DNA of 64,000 nucleotides from Candidatus Multivorans sp. GTDB lineage: Bacteria > Acidobacteriota > Thermoanaerobaculia > Multivoradales > Multivoraceae. Positions within the stretch are counted from its first letter, which is position 1. Each line of letters opens with the position of its first letter. This document shows positions 39,179 through 50,081 of this stretch, piece by piece. A program made the translations under genes and the position numbers. The notes below the pieces were generated by a model. The model was not told the DNA's origin. It searched no databases and saw only the letters and a program-made list of their open reading frames with translations. The stretch is from contig OZ245033.1 in the NCBI GenBank assembly GCA_965224025.1, positions 3,424,001-3,488,000 of the forward strand, in the 5' to 3' direction.

Positions 39179-40522
39179 GTGGAGCGGTTCTACATCGAGA
39201 CCTGGGGCTGCCAGATGAACGAGCTGGACAGCCAGCGCATGGCCGGCCAGTTGATGCAGCAGGGCCTCGTGCCGACGCGGGAGTTGCAGCAGGCGGACCT
39301 GATTCTCCTGAACTCCTGCTCGGTGCGCGAGAAGGCGGCTCAGAAGTCCTACTCCCGGCTGGGAGAGTACCGGCTGCTGAAGCGCGAACGGACGAACCTG
39401 CGAATCGGCTTCTGCGGTTGCGTCGCGCAGCAGGAGGGCGAGGAGGCCCTGAGGCGCAACCCCGACATCGACTTCGTCGTCGGCGCCGGCCGGGTCGGCG
39501 AACTCGGGTCCGTTATCGAGCGCAGCCGGCGCGGCGAGCGCGTCCTGGCGGTCGGGTTTCCCGAGGAGCGGCCGTACGACTTCGAGACCATCAGCCGGGA
39601 CAGCGTCCACAAGGGAATGGTCACGATCATCGAAGGCTGCAACAAGCGCTGCACGTTCTGCGTCGTGCCGAACACGCGGGGACCGGAGCGGTGCCGGCCG
39701 ATGGCGCTGATCCTGAGCGAGATCGAGCACCTTCTCGAATACGGTTTCCTTGAAGTGGAGCTGCTCGGCCAGACCGTGAATCACTGGCGCGAGCCGCCGC
39801 CGCCCGTGGGAAGCGGCCGGGCTCTGGACTTCGCCGATCTGCTGAACGCGGCGGCCGTGCTGCCGGGGCTGAAGCGGCTGCGGTTCGTGACCTCCTATCC
39901 GCGCGATTTCACCGACGCGATGATCGCGGCCGTGGCCGCCCACGACAACATCTCGCCCTACCTTCACCTGCCGGTTCAGTCGGCCTCGAACCGGGTTCTG
40001 CGGCGCATGGGACGCGGCTATACGGTGGAGGAGTACCTCGGCCTGGTCGACCGGCTGCGCGCCTCCCGCGGCGGATTGGCCCTGTCCACCGATCTGATCG
40101 TCGGCTTTCCGGGGGAGACGGAGGAGGACTTTCGGCGCACACTCGATCTGGTCGCAAGGGTCCGTTTCGCCTCCGTGTTCGCGTTCAAGTACAGCCCCAG
40201 ACCGAATACGGCCGCCATCCGGCTGCCCGCTGCGGACGAGGTTCCCCGTGAAGTTGCCGACGAGCGGCTCCAGCGCGTGTTCGCGGCCCAGTCGGTCATC
40301 CAGCGTGAGCTGAACGAGGGCCTGGTGGGAAGAAAGTTCGACCTCCTGGTGACCGGCTGGAGCCGGCGCCCGGGCTATCAGGCCGGGCGAACGGACTGTC
40401 ACCGGATAGTCCACTTCCCGGTCGAAGGGGCGCCGGTCCAAGCCGGGACATTGACGCGCATCCGGACCTTGGAGGCCTACGACCATTCCTTGCTGGGTCA
40501 ACTCGTGGACCGTACATCCTGA
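39179..40522 (+). CDS. miaB: tRNA methylthiotransferase MiaB
   Basis: TWGCQMNELDS, NSCSVRE, GCNKRCTFC (radical SAM) and TRAM domain. Confidence 0.95.
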   Translation: MERFYIETWGCQMNELDSQRMAGQLMQQGLVPTRELQQADLILLNSCSVREKAAQKSYSRLGEYRLLKRERTNLRIGFCGCVAQQEGEEALRRNPDIDFVVGAGRVGELGSVIERSRRGERVLAVGFPEERPYDFETISRDSVHKGMVTIIEGCNKRCTFCVVPNTRGPERCRPMALILSEIEHLLEYGFLEVELLGQTVNHWREPPPPVGSGRALDFADLLNAAAVLPGLKRLRFVTSYPRDFTDAMIAAVAAHDNISPYLHLPVQSASNRVLRRMGRGYTVEEYLGLVDRLRASRGGLALSTDLIVGFPGETEEDFRRTLDLVARVRFASVFAFKYSPRPNTAAIRLPAADEVPREVADERLQRVFAAQSVIQRELNEGLVGRKFDLLVTGWSRRPGYQAGRTDCHRIVHFPVEGAPVQAGTLTRIRTLEAYDHSLLGQLVDRTS

Positions 40523-40616
40523 TCGTGAACTGGTTCCGAGCCCTCGGCCAGCCCGGGGATCGGCCATGCGACCCAAGGACTCAGTCCACTAGTCGCCGTC
40601 CAGCCACTGGCGTAGG

Positions 40617-41204
40617 ATGCCGGGAATGGCGACGGACGGCGGCAGGGACCCGGCAGCCCGGGAGGACGCGGCGGATCGGAAGATCCCGGCTGAGGTCCAC
40701 GGCTTGATGATGGAGCCGAACTCCAACCAGCCGATCGTGATTCTACGCCTGCATGAGAAGGACGGGCACGAGAGTTCGGTGGTCCCGATCTGGATCGGCA
40801 TCTTCGAGGCCGGAGCGATTCAACTCGCCATCGAGGGCAAGGATCCGGGCCGGCCGATGACCCACGACCTGCTGAAGAACGCCCTCGACCTGGTCGGGGC
40901 CGAGGTGATCGAGGTTGTCGTGCGCGCAATCGAGGGCAACACCTTCCTGGCCGTGGTCGAACTCGTCGAGCGGAGCGGCGAGCATCGTCTCCTCGACGCA
41001 CGGCCGAGCGACGCGATCGCGCTCGCTCTCCGTGCCGGAGCGCCGCTTTTTGTGCGCCGGTCGGTGGCCGATCTTGCCCGCGTCAGGCAGCAGACGTCCA
41101 AGGGCGAGGGAGCCGACGCGCCGGTGGCCGGCATGGACGAACAGAAGATGAAGGAGTGGCTCGAAGAGCTCGATCCGAAGGTACTTGGCAAGTACGAGAT
41201 GTAA
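40617..41204 (+). CDS. Bifunctional nuclease family protein (DUF151)
   Basis: PIWIGIFEA..I, RPMTHDL and DARPSDAIALA motifs. Confidence 0.92.
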   Translation: MPGMATDGGRDPAAREDAADRKIPAEVHGLMMEPNSNQPIVILRLHEKDGHESSVVPIWIGIFEAGAIQLAIEGKDPGRPMTHDLLKNALDLVGAEVIEVVVRAIEGNTFLAVVELVERSGEHRLLDARPSDAIALALRAGAPLFVRRSVADLARVRQQTSKGEGADAPVAGMDEQKMKEWLEELDPKVLGKYEM

Positions 41205-41217
41205 CTGGGCGCGGTCG

Positions 41218-42057
41218 ATGAACATCCGAATGGTCCCTCTTTCCCGGATCGAGCCGGACCCCGATCAGCCCAGGCAGCGGCTCGAAGGCCTGGAGGAACT
41301 GACCGCTTCCATCCGGACGAAGGGCGTTCTGGAGCCGATCCTGGCCCGGCCGCTCCCTCCAGTCAACCTTGCCGGCGCCGGAGAGCAGCGGTACCGGATC
41401 ATCTCCGGCGAGCGGCGCTTTCGCGGCGCCCAGCGGGCCGGAGTCAACGAGATTCCGTTGATCGAAATGGACGTCTCTCGCAGCGAGGCGCTCGAGATCG
41501 CGCTGGTCGAGAACCTCCAGCGGGTCGACCTGACGCCATTCGAGGAAGCTGACGGCTTGAGCGCGCTGGTTGAGCAGCACGGCTACACGCACGAACAGGT
41601 CGCCGCGGCGCTCGGCCGCTCCCGGGTCAGTGTGACCGAGTCCCTGGCCTTGCTGAGATTGCCCCGGGCTGTACGCGACAGGGCGATCGCGCTGGGCGTC
41701 TCGGCGAGGAAGTCGATTCTCCTGGAGGTCCTGAAGCTGGCCGCGGAGAGCGAGATGATCGAGATGCTCGAGCGCATTGCCGAGCTCGGTCTCAAGCGAG
41801 CCGATGTGCGCAGCGAGGTGCGGTCGCTCCGATCCGACACGCAACAGGACGAGAGCCAGGGAAAGGCCGAACCGTCCACCGACGGGGGCACGGCAGCGGC
41901 GAAGCCGCATGTATTCCGCTTCCAGGCGCCGGACGAGCGCTACAGCGTCTCCCTGAGCTTCCGCCAGAGCGTCGTAGAGGAGGACGATCTGATCCGGGCC
42001 CTCGAGGAACTCCTCGCGGCGCTCCGACGGGAACGGGACACGGCGGCGACGTTCTAG
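41218..42057 (+). CDS. ParB/Spo0J-family protein (no adjacent parA)
   Basis: PDQPR, SI..KGVLEPI, Box II ISGERRFR, ENLQR.DLTPFEEA and HTH THEQVA..LGRSR.SV. Confidence 0.9.
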   Translation: MNIRMVPLSRIEPDPDQPRQRLEGLEELTASIRTKGVLEPILARPLPPVNLAGAGEQRYRIISGERRFRGAQRAGVNEIPLIEMDVSRSEALEIALVENLQRVDLTPFEEADGLSALVEQHGYTHEQVAAALGRSRVSVTESLALLRLPRAVRDRAIALGVSARKSILLEVLKLAAESEMIEMLERIAELGLKRADVRSEVRSLRSDTQQDESQGKAEPSTDGGTAAAKPHVFRFQAPDERYSVSLSFRQSVVEEDDLIRALEELLAALRRERDTAATF

Positions 42058-42140
42058 CAGCAGCCGCTGTCGACTTCGACGGGAGGCAGGTCCCGCAGGC
42101 TCGGAGCGCCTCTCGATACGGCCGCGCGCTGCCGCACATC

Positions 42141-42168
42141 GCGTCTGATAATGTCCATTATGTCAACT
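42141..42168 (+). other. dif-like XerC/XerD recombination site
   Basis: GCGTCTGATAA-TGTCCA-TTATGTCAACT has the 11-6-11 layout with ATAA/TTAT inner palindrome; the right arm matches E. coli XerD arm TTATGTTAAAT at 9/11; AT-rich, intergenic. Confidence 0.85.
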
Positions 42169-42274
42169 CCATCCGCCAATGCGCCGGAGGGCAACCGCGG
42201 AAGGCCGGCGACCGCGGCATCCGGGCCAAGCCGCCCCTGACGCCGTCCGATCGGTCAGAATCGATCCCGGCAAG

Positions 42275-44713
42275 ATGTTCCGCCTCCTCGACCGCTACCT
42301 CCTGCGCGAGACGGTCGGCCCACTGACCCTGGGCCTTCTCGTGTTCACGTTCCTCGCCCTGCTGCAGGAGCTCTTCCAGTTGGCCGAACTGATCATCGAG
42401 CGCGACGTCGAGGTTCGGGTGGTGCTCCAGCTCCTCGCCTACACCCTGCCGCAGATCATCGTCCTGACGATTCCGATGGCGTTCCTGTTCGCCATCCTGC
42501 TGGCGATCGGCCGGATGGCTGCCGACAGCGAGCTGGTCGCCATGCGGGCCTCGGGAATCAGCCTGTTCTCGGTCTACCGGCCGATTCTGTTCATGAGTCT
42601 GCTGCTGGCCGCGGTAACCACCTACCTGATGACCGTCACTCTGCCGGCGGGCAACAAGGCGACAAGCGAACTGCAATTGGCGATCCTGAAGCGGAACGTG
42701 AACCAGCAGGTCAAGCCGAGGGTGTTTTACGACGGCCTTCAGGGACGCGTGCTCTACGTCTTCGAGCCGGCCGAGAATGAGGATGGCTGGCGCGGCGTGT
42801 TCCTGGCCGACGCCGTTCCAGGTCCCGAACAGCAGGTCATCGTAGGCGAAACCGGGCGAATCAACGTGACTCCCGGAAACGGCCGTCCCCCGGTCCTGAT
42901 GTTCGGTCTCGCCGACGTGCATGAGGTGGACACGAACGATCCCAGTACCTACCGGCTGCAGCGCCTTCGGGACGCGAACATCGTGATCGAGGACAGCCTG
43001 TTGCGCCGCAACGAGGGGCTGGTGCTGGCCAAGGGCGTCCGCTCGATGACCCTCTCGGAGTTGGTCGAGCGCGCCGAAGAACCCGGGCTTCCCGACGACG
43101 GGCGGCACAAGGCCCTGGTCGAGATCCACAAGAAGTTCGCGATCCCGGGGGCCTGCCTCGTGTTCGGCATCTACGGGATTCCTCTCGGCTTTCGGAACCG
43201 CCGCACCGGGCGATCTTCGGGCTTCCTGATCTCGGTGACGATGTTCCTCTTCTACTACGTCATGCTGGGCAACGGAGAGGAAGCCGCCGTGAACGGGCAG
43301 ATCCCGCCCTGGCTGGCGATGTGGGCGCCGAACATTCTCCTCGTCGTTCTCGGCACGTTTCTCCTCTGGCGCAGAAACCGCGACAAGAGCCTGATGATCG
43401 GCGCGGTCGACCGCTACCTGCGGGAGCACTTCTGGCGGCGCCTCATGCGTTTCGGCAGGCGGCGGGAGGTCAGAGGCCGCCGGAAGCGGGCGCTCGAGGA
43501 TCGTCTCGCGCGTGCACGGACCCAGTCGCTCGCGTCTGGGGCCTCCCCCACCGGGCCCCGGCTGCGGTTGCGGATCGAACCGTTCAGTCTTCGCTTCCCG
43601 GGCCTCATGGACCGCTACATCTTCGGCGTGTTCACGCGCGTTTTCCTGATTGCGGTTGTTGCGGCTCTGGCCATATACATCGTGTCGGACTTCACCCAAC
43701 TCATCGACGAGATGTTCGAGAACAACGTCCCCTCGAGCGTCTTCGCGGTCTACTACCCCTACCTCTCTCTGCAGATCTTCTACGACGTGGCGCCGGTGCT
43801 CGTCCTGGTGACCACGCTGGTCACTTTCGGCCTCCTTTCGCAGCGCAACGAGGTGGTGGCGGCCAAGGCCCTCGGCTTCAGCCTGCTCCGGCTGGCGATG
43901 CCGGCCCTGGTCGCGGCGGCCGCGGTCGCCCTGCTCAGCGCGGCGCTCGAGAACTCCGTGCTGCCGGCTTCCAACGCCAAGGTCGCCGAGCTGCACGACC
44001 GGATCCGAGGCAATGCGAGACCGGTCAAGAGCTACCACGGCGCCGATCGCCAGTGGCGCTACGCCCGGGACGACACCGGCGGCGGCTACATCTACAACTA
44101 CCGCCACTACGACGCGGACCGCCAGACCGTGCAGCGCCTGCAGGTGTTCCGCTTCGACCCCGAGCATCGGTTGATCGGCCGCCTGTACGCCGCCGCGGCT
44201 CGCTACGTGCAGGCCAACGAAGGTGAGCCCGGCGGTTGGCGGTTGGTCGACGCCTGGGTCCGCGAGTTCGACGGTCTCACGACGACCAACAGCAGCCGGT
44301 TCGCGGGACCTCAACCCGTCGATCTACACGAGGAACCCGAGTTCTTCGACACCGAGGTCAAGTACGCCGACCAGATGAACCGTCGCGAACTCAGGCGGCA
44401 CGTCCAGGACCTGATGGCAGCCGGCAACGCCGTGCCGGAGCTCCAGATGCAGCTCCACAACAGGACCGCACTGCCCGTCGTTTGCCTGGTGATGGGCCTT
44501 GTCGCCCTGCCCTTCGCCTTCCGGCTCGGTCGCCAGGGCGCCCTTTACGGAATCGGCATCTCGATCATGCTCGGAATCGTGTACTACACCGTGATCAGCG
44601 TGTTCGTGACCCTCGGCCAGTCGGAGGCTCTGCCCCCCCTGATCGCGGCCTGGAGCCCGAACGTGCTATTCGGGACGCTCGCGCTCTACCTGTTCCTGGG
44701 CGTGCGCACCTAG
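42275..44713 (+). CDS. Fused LptF-LptG LPS export permease
   Basis: Two tandem permease units, each starting L.DRY (LLDRYLLRE; LMDRYIF), with [10 protein letters not shown] / [10 protein letters not shown] and W.PN motifs. Confidence 0.9.
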   Translation: MFRLLDRYLLRETVGPLTLGLLVFTFLALLQELFQLAELIIERDVEVRVVLQLLAYTLPQIIVLTIPMAFLFAILLAIGRMAADSELVAMRASGISLFSVYRPILFMSLLLAAVTTYLMTVTLPAGNKATSELQLAILKRNVNQQVKPRVFYDGLQGRVLYVFEPAENEDGWRGVFLADAVPGPEQQVIVGETGRINVTPGNGRPPVLMFGLADVHEVDTNDPSTYRLQRLRDANIVIEDSLLRRNEGLVLAKGVRSMTLSELVERAEEPGLPDDGRHKALVEIHKKFAIPGACLVFGIYGIPLGFRNRRTGRSSGFLISVTMFLFYYVMLGNGEEAAVNGQIPPWLAMWAPNILLVVLGTFLLWRRNRDKSLMIGAVDRYLREHFWRRLMRFGRRREVRGRRKRALEDRLARARTQSLASGASPTGPRLRLRIEPFSLRFPGLMDRYIFGVFTRVFLIAVVAALAIYIVSDFTQLIDEMFENNVPSSVFAVYYPYLSLQIFYDVAPVLVLVTTLVTFGLLSQRNEVVAAKALGFSLLRLAMPALVAAAAVALLSAALENSVLPASNAKVAELHDRIRGNARPVKSYHGADRQWRYARDDTGGGYIYNYRHYDADRQTVQRLQVFRFDPEHRLIGRLYAAAARYVQANEGEPGGWRLVDAWVREFDGLTTTNSSRFAGPQPVDLHEEPEFFDTEVKYADQMNRRELRRHVQDLMAAGNAVPELQMQLHNRTALPVVCLVMGLVALPFAFRLGRQGALYGIGISIMLGIVYYTVISVFVTLGQSEALPPLIAAWSPNVLFGTLALYLFLGVRT

Positions 44714-45876
44714 GCGACCGCACGGCGGAGGGTGGCCACGCGATCGGTCCGTTCCCAGGGGAACTCAGATCGGCCGAAGTGGCCATAGGCCGCGGTCTGC
44801 AGGTAACGCGGCTGGCGCAGATCGAGCGCCTCGATGATCGCCTGGGGTTCCAGCGGGAACTCACTCCGTACGAGTTCCTCGAGAAAGCGGTCGGATACTC
44901 CGTCCCGCGCGGTACGGAACGAATCGACGTGCACCGACACGGGCGCCGCTACGCCGATGGCGTAGGCCAACTGGACCTCCAGGCGATCGGCCATGCCTGA
45001 AGCGACGAGGTTCTTCGCCACGTAACGCGCCATGTAGCTGGCGGAACGGTCCACCTTCGTCGGGTCCTTGCCTGAGAAGGCGCCGCCGCCGTGGTGTCCG
45101 ACGCCGCCATAGGTGTCGACGATGATCTTGCGGCCGGTGAGTCCGCAATCCCCTTGTGGACCGCCGACCACGAACTGACCCGTCGGATTCACATGGAAGA
45201 TCGTGTCGTCGTCGAGGAGGCGGCCCGGAACCGACGGTCTGACGATCTGCTCCTGGACGACCCGCCTGATCTCGTCCTGCCCCACTTCCCGGGCATGCTG
45301 CGTCGACACGACGATGGTGTGCGCCCGCACGGCTTGTCCGTGCTGGTCGTACTGCACGGTGACTTGGGACTTGCCGTCTGGTCTCAGCCAGTCGCACTTG
45401 CCCGAGCGTCGCAGTTCAGCGAGTCGCCGCGTCAGGCGATGCGCGAGCTCGATCGGCAGCGGCATGAGTTCTTCGGTCTCCCGGCACGCATAGCCGAACA
45501 TCAGACCCTGATCGCCGGCACCGCCGGCGTTGACGCCAAGAGCGATGTCCTCGGACTGTGGATCGAGAGCACAGAGCACGGCGCAGTCGTCGGCGGCGAA
45601 GCCGTAGCTCGCGTCCGTGTAGCCGATATCGCGAACGGTTCGCCGTGCGAGAGCCGCGTAGTCGATGTCTGCGCCGGGTCTCAGCTTGATCTCGCCGGCG
45701 ATCAGCACCAGTCCGGTGTTGACCAGTGTCTCGCATGCGACCCGCGCTTGCGGATCGTGGCGCAGCGCGGCATCGAGAACGGCATCCGAAATCTGATCCG
45801 CGACCTTGTCGGGATGACCCTCGGTTACTGACTCGGATGTGAACAGACGGCGTATGCCACTCGCACTGGTACGCAT
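44710..45876 (-). CDS. metK: S-adenosylmethionine synthetase
   Basis: [19 protein letters not shown] and [15 protein letters not shown] motifs. Confidence 0.98.
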   Translation of the reverse strand: MRTSASGIRRLFTSESVTEGHPDKVADQISDAVLDAALRHDPQARVACETLVNTGLVLIAGEIKLRPGADIDYAALARRTVRDIGYTDASYGFAADDCAVLCALDPQSEDIALGVNAGGAGDQGLMFGYACRETEELMPLPIELAHRLTRRLAELRRSGKCDWLRPDGKSQVTVQYDQHGQAVRAHTIVVSTQHAREVGQDEIRRVVQEQIVRPSVPGRLLDDDTIFHVNPTGQFVVGGPQGDCGLTGRKIIVDTYGGVGHHGGGAFSGKDPTKVDRSASYMARYVAKNLVASGMADRLEVQLAYAIGVAAPVSVHVDSFRTARDGVSDRFLEELVRSEFPLEPQAIIEALDLRQPRYLQTAAYGHFGRSEFPWERTDRVATLRRAVA

Positions 45877-45956
45877 CGGCAGCGAACCATACCAACTCAT
45901 CGGCATCGCGTGAGGACACGCCGCTTCCTTCGACCACTGCGTAGTATCGCGCAGCG

Positions 45957-46868
45957 ATGATCCGCAGCCGGAACAACCCCCAGGTACGCACGATTCGCCG
46001 GCTCCGCAAGGCCCACGCACGCCGGCACACCGACGTGCTCCTGCTTGAGGGCCGGCACTTGGTGGACGCTGCGGCGGAGGCCGGGCTCGAGTTCCACCAC
46101 CTCCTGGTGACGCCGGAGTTCGAGGGGACCCATGCCGAGTTCATCCAGCGGTTGGAAGACCGTTCACAAACTACGGCCACCCTCATCCACGCCGATCGAC
46201 TGCGGGAGCAAGCCGACGCCGACGCTCCCCAGGGCATCGCCGCCCTGGTCGACCCGCCCTCGCGGTGGAAGTCAGTGCCCGCCGCCGGCAGCCGGGTCCT
46301 CCCCCTGTCCCCGGGTCTTCACCTCTACGTCGACGGAGTTCAGGACCCAGGCAACCTGGGCGCCATGGCCCGATCCGCCGAAGCCGCGGGGGCTGCTTCC
46401 CTCCTCCTTGCGGCCGGCACCGCCCGTCCCCATCAGCCCCGCGCCCTCCGCGCCTCCGCCGGCAGTCTCCTCCGGCTACGCGTATGGACCGGGGTTCGAC
46501 TCGATCTGATTCCCGCGGGAGCCTCGTGGTTCGCGCTGACGTCGCAGGGAAGCCGTCGTGGGACAGACGTTGCAACCGCTTGTCTGTTCGCGTCCGGCGC
46601 CCCTGCTCTGGAACTCGCGAAACTGGTTTCGGCGAAGAGGGTACTTGTCGCTGTGGGCAACGAGAGCAGAGGCCTCTCCACCGAGGTGCTCAACCGGGCA
46701 GACGTGTTCCTCCGGATCGCTACCGCGCCGACGGTCGAATCCCTGAACGCCGCGGTCGCCGCGTCCTTGGCCCTGTTCGAGCTGCAACGCCTGCGTGGGA
46801 TGAGCCACCCCGGGTCACACCTGACAGTGAACGCTGGGTTCCTCATGGAGCCTGAGGGGCAACCGTAG
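45957..46868 (+). CDS. TrmH/SpoU-family RNA methyltransferase
   Basis: I.SR.NP, QDPGNLG, GNESRGL and ESLNAAVA motifs. Confidence 0.9.
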   Translation: MIRSRNNPQVRTIRRLRKAHARRHTDVLLLEGRHLVDAAAEAGLEFHHLLVTPEFEGTHAEFIQRLEDRSQTTATLIHADRLREQADADAPQGIAALVDPPSRWKSVPAAGSRVLPLSPGLHLYVDGVQDPGNLGAMARSAEAAGAASLLLAAGTARPHQPRALRASAGSLLRLRVWTGVRLDLIPAGASWFALTSQGSRRGTDVATACLFASGAPALELAKLVSAKRVLVAVGNESRGLSTEVLNRADVFLRIATAPTVESLNAAVAASLALFELQRLRGMSHPGSHLTVNAGFLMEPEGQP

Positions 46869-46919
46869 CGGCCCCTGGTACCCTCTCCCCGGAACTGGAG
46901 CAGGCGGGTGAGCCCGGCT

Positions 46920-47873
46920 CTAGCCGGAACCGGCGGCGCCGCGCTCGTTCAGCAGGCGGGTAAGCGCCGGCGCCACTTCGTGCAGGTCGCCGACGATGCC
47001 GTACTGCGCGACGCTGAAGATCGGCGCCTCCGGATCCTTGTTCACCGCCACGATGATCCGGGATCCGCTCATGCCCATCAGGTGCTGGATCGAGCCCGAC
47101 ACTCCGAGCGCCACGTAAAGGTCCGGGGCCACCGTATGTCCGCTCGAGCCGACCTGGTGCTCGCGCGGCAGCCAGCCGTCGTCCACGACCGGCCTGCTCG
47201 CGCCGAGCTCGGCGCCGAGAGCGGCGGCCAGGTCGGCCGCTACCGACACCTGGTCCGCTCCGCCCACGCCCCTCCCCGCGGTCACGATCCGTTCGGCGCC
47301 CGCCAGGTCGACGCCGCCGGCGCTTACCGCCTCGCGCCCCAGAATCTCCCGTTCCTGCTGCTGTTCCATGTCGGCCGGCAGACAGACTTCGAGGACTTGT
47401 CGCGGCGGCGCCAGCGCCTCGTCGCTGCTGAAGGCGCCGCTCTGGACGGTGGCGACGACGGTACGCGCCCTCGGGCGGACCTCGGCCTGGAGCTTGGCCT
47501 GCAGGATCGACCGGCGGAAGCGCAGGCCGCCTTCGTCGTCTTCGTCCGCCCCGCTGATCGACGGGACATAGGCGGCGCCGAGCCGGATGGCAAGGCGCGG
47601 AGCGAACTCCGCCGCCTGGTAGGTGTGCGGCAGGAGAATCACCGTCATCGGCGCCGCTCCATCGCCGTCCTCCCGCGCGATCAGACCTCTGAGCGCCTCG
47701 GCGTAGACCCCCGGCGAATAGGGTCCGAGCCGTTCTTCGTCGAGCACGGCGAGCCGCAGGTCCGATCCGAGCGCTTGGCCGCAGACGCGGGCCTCCCGGG
47801 CTCCCGACCCCCAACCGGCGTTCTCGACGATCCAGACCACCGTTTCCGTGGGCGGCACAGCCGGGCTGCTCAC
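46920..47873 (-). CDS. etfA: Electron transfer flavoprotein alpha subunit
   Basis: GASRPVVD.GW, QVGSSG..V.P, GVSGSIQH..GM and NKDPEAPIF motifs. Confidence 0.93.
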   Translation of the reverse strand: MSSPAVPPTETVVWIVENAGWGSGAREARVCGQALGSDLRLAVLDEERLGPYSPGVYAEALRGLIAREDGDGAAPMTVILLPHTYQAAEFAPRLAIRLGAAYVPSISGADEDDEGGLRFRRSILQAKLQAEVRPRARTVVATVQSGAFSSDEALAPPRQVLEVCLPADMEQQQEREILGREAVSAGGVDLAGAERIVTAGRGVGGADQVSVAADLAAALGAELGASRPVVDDGWLPREHQVGSSGHTVAPDLYVALGVSGSIQHLMGMSGSRIIVAVNKDPEAPIFSVAQYGIVGDLHEVAPALTRLLNERGAAGSG

Positions 47874-48682
47874 AGCACGGCCTCCCGCTCCAGGTGCGCG
47901 ATGAGTTCCGCCGCGGCCGCCTCCGGGGCGGCATTCTCGATCAGCAGTCCGGCGCCGCCGGTCGGAGGAAGACGGATGGCCATCGTCTCGATCCGGGCGC
48001 CGGCCTCCCCCACCAGCCCCGGATCGACGCCGAGGGTCGCGCAATCGAGGTGCTCCAGCGGCTTCCCACGGGCCCGCAGCGTGCCGCGCAGGGACGCGAA
48101 TCGGGGCTTGTTGATTCCGGCCTGCACCGCGAGGACGGCCGGCAGGTCCAGGCGGAGGACTTCGTTCATCCCACCCTCCAGTTCACGCACGACGCGTACC
48201 GAACGGTTGTTCGCCTCCAACTCGACCGCCATGACGAGCCACGCGTAGGGGTAGTTGAGGATCTCCGCGACGACCGCCGGGGTCGCGGCCTGGCCCAGGT
48301 CGTCGGACTGGGCGCCCGCGAGCACGAGATCGCATTCCTGACTCCTTATGGCCGCGGCCAGAGCACGACCGTCGGCCACCGCGTCGCCGCCCCGGAAGGC
48401 CTCGTCCGCGAGATGCACGGCCCGGTCGGCCCCTAGCGCCAACGCCTTGCGCAGGGCTTCCTCGACCCGTGCGGGGCCGAGGCTGAAGGCGACGAGTTCG
48501 GGCCGCCCGGCCCCTGCGTTCTCGGCGGCTTCGACGAGCAGCAGGGCCTCTTCGAGCGCGCAGAGATCGCAGCTCGATATGACCCAGTTCAGATTGCCGT
48601 CGTCGATGCGGCGGCCCGAATCCGCGATCCGCAGGTGTGCATCGGTATCCGGGACCTGTTTGATGCAGACGCCGATCCTCAA
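47870..48682 (-). CDS. etfB: Electron transfer flavoprotein beta subunit
   Basis: VCIKQVPDT, ALALGAD, GAQSDD and N.PR motifs; TTG start. Confidence 0.93.
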   Translation of the reverse strand: MRIGVCIKQVPDTDAHLRIADSGRRIDDGNLNWVISSCDLCALEEALLLVEAAENAGAGRPELVAFSLGPARVEEALRKALALGADRAVHLADEAFRGGDAVADGRALAAAIRSQECDLVLAGAQSDDLGQAATPAVVAEILNYPYAWLVMAVELEANNRSVRVVRELEGGMNEVLRLDLPAVLAVQAGINKPRFASLRGTLRARGKPLEHLDCATLGVDPGLVGEAGARIETMAIRLPPTGGAGLLIENAAPEAAAAELIAHLEREAVL

Positions 48683-48807
48683 CCCCGAATTCCCCTCAGT
48701 TTCTGGCGCGGCAGAATACCGCCCCTCCCCGCGCGTAGCGAACGCCTCTCCCCGCCCTGGGATCTAGAGGCATAGACCTTTGGCTATCTGTCTGATAGCT
48801 TCTCACG

Positions 48808-49602
48808 GTGGTGCCTTCGTTCGCCATCCCGATCGCCACCCTGACGGCCACCGGCGACACAGCGGTGGTGGCTGCGTTCGCCACCCCGGTCGCCATGCCC
48901 ATTGCCACCCTGATGGCCACCGGTGATACGGCGGTGGTGCATTTCTTTCTCCGTTCGGGCCCGGTGGCGAAGATCGTGCTCGGGATCCTGGTCTTGATGT
49001 CGCTGTCGTCCTGGTACGTGCTGCTGCAGCGCCTGATGCTCTTCAGGCGCACCGCGCGGCAGAACCAGAGCTTTCTCGGGGTGTTCCGCAAGGCCGCCCG
49101 CTTCAGCGACATCGGCAAGGCCGCTTCCGCCCACCGCGCGTCGTCGCTGGTCGGCCTGTTCCAGGCCGGGTACCTCGAGATCGACACCCAGATCAAGGCC
49201 CTGAAGGAGCCCCGGGAAGACGAGGACAGCTTTCGCCTCCAGTCGTTGATGGGCCTTGAGCGGACTCTCCGCCGGGCCGCAAACGTCGAACTTCGGGTTC
49301 TCGCCCGGAACACGTCCTGGTTGGCGACCACCGCCGCGGCAGCGCCCTTCATCGGCCTGTTCGGCACCGTCTGGGGAATCATGATCGCCTTCAACGACAT
49401 CGGAACCTCGGGTACGGCGACCATCACCGCGGTCGCCCCGGGCATCGCCGAGGCGCTGGTCAACACGGCCGCCGGTCTGGTCGCGGCGATTCCCGCCCTG
49501 GTGGGGTACAACTACCTCGCCACCAGGCTTCGGCAACTCCGCGCGGAAATGGACGACTTCACGCTCGAGTTTCTGAATCTGGCCGAGCGCAACTTCGGCT
49601 GA
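48808..49602 (+). CDS. tolQ: TolQ (MotA/TolQ/ExbB) proton channel; start uncertain
   Basis: APFIGLFGTVWGIM and VAPGIAEAL..TAAGL..AIPA motifs. Confidence 0.9.
   Translation: MVPSFAIPIATLTATGDTAVVAAFATPVAMPIATLMATGDTAVVHFFLRSGPVAKIVLGILVLMSLSSWYVLLQRLMLFRRTARQNQSFLGVFRKAARFSDIGKAASAHRASSLVGLFQAGYLEIDTQIKALKEPREDEDSFRLQSLMGLERTLRRAANVELRVLARNTSWLATTAAAAPFIGLFGTVWGIMIAFNDIGTSGTATITAVAPGIAEALVNTAAGLVAAIPALVGYNYLATRLRQLRAEMDDFTLEFLNLAERNFG
48823..48939 (+). repeat. Two imperfect 48-bp copies (69-bp period) at the tolQ 5' end
   Basis: AIPIATLTATGDTAVV (48823-48870) versus AMPIATLMATGDTAVV (48892-48939). Confidence 0.85.
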
Positions 49603-49625
49603 GCAGCTAAGCCCAGGAGTCGGAA

Positions 49626-50054
<429 letters not shown>

Positions 50055-50081
50055 CGGTCGCGATCAGGGAGCCACAGCCAG

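Noticed and set aside
45877-45956. Possible SAM riboswitch upstream of metK
   Set aside because: Only 80 bp shared with a divergent gene; no SAM-I/II core recognised.
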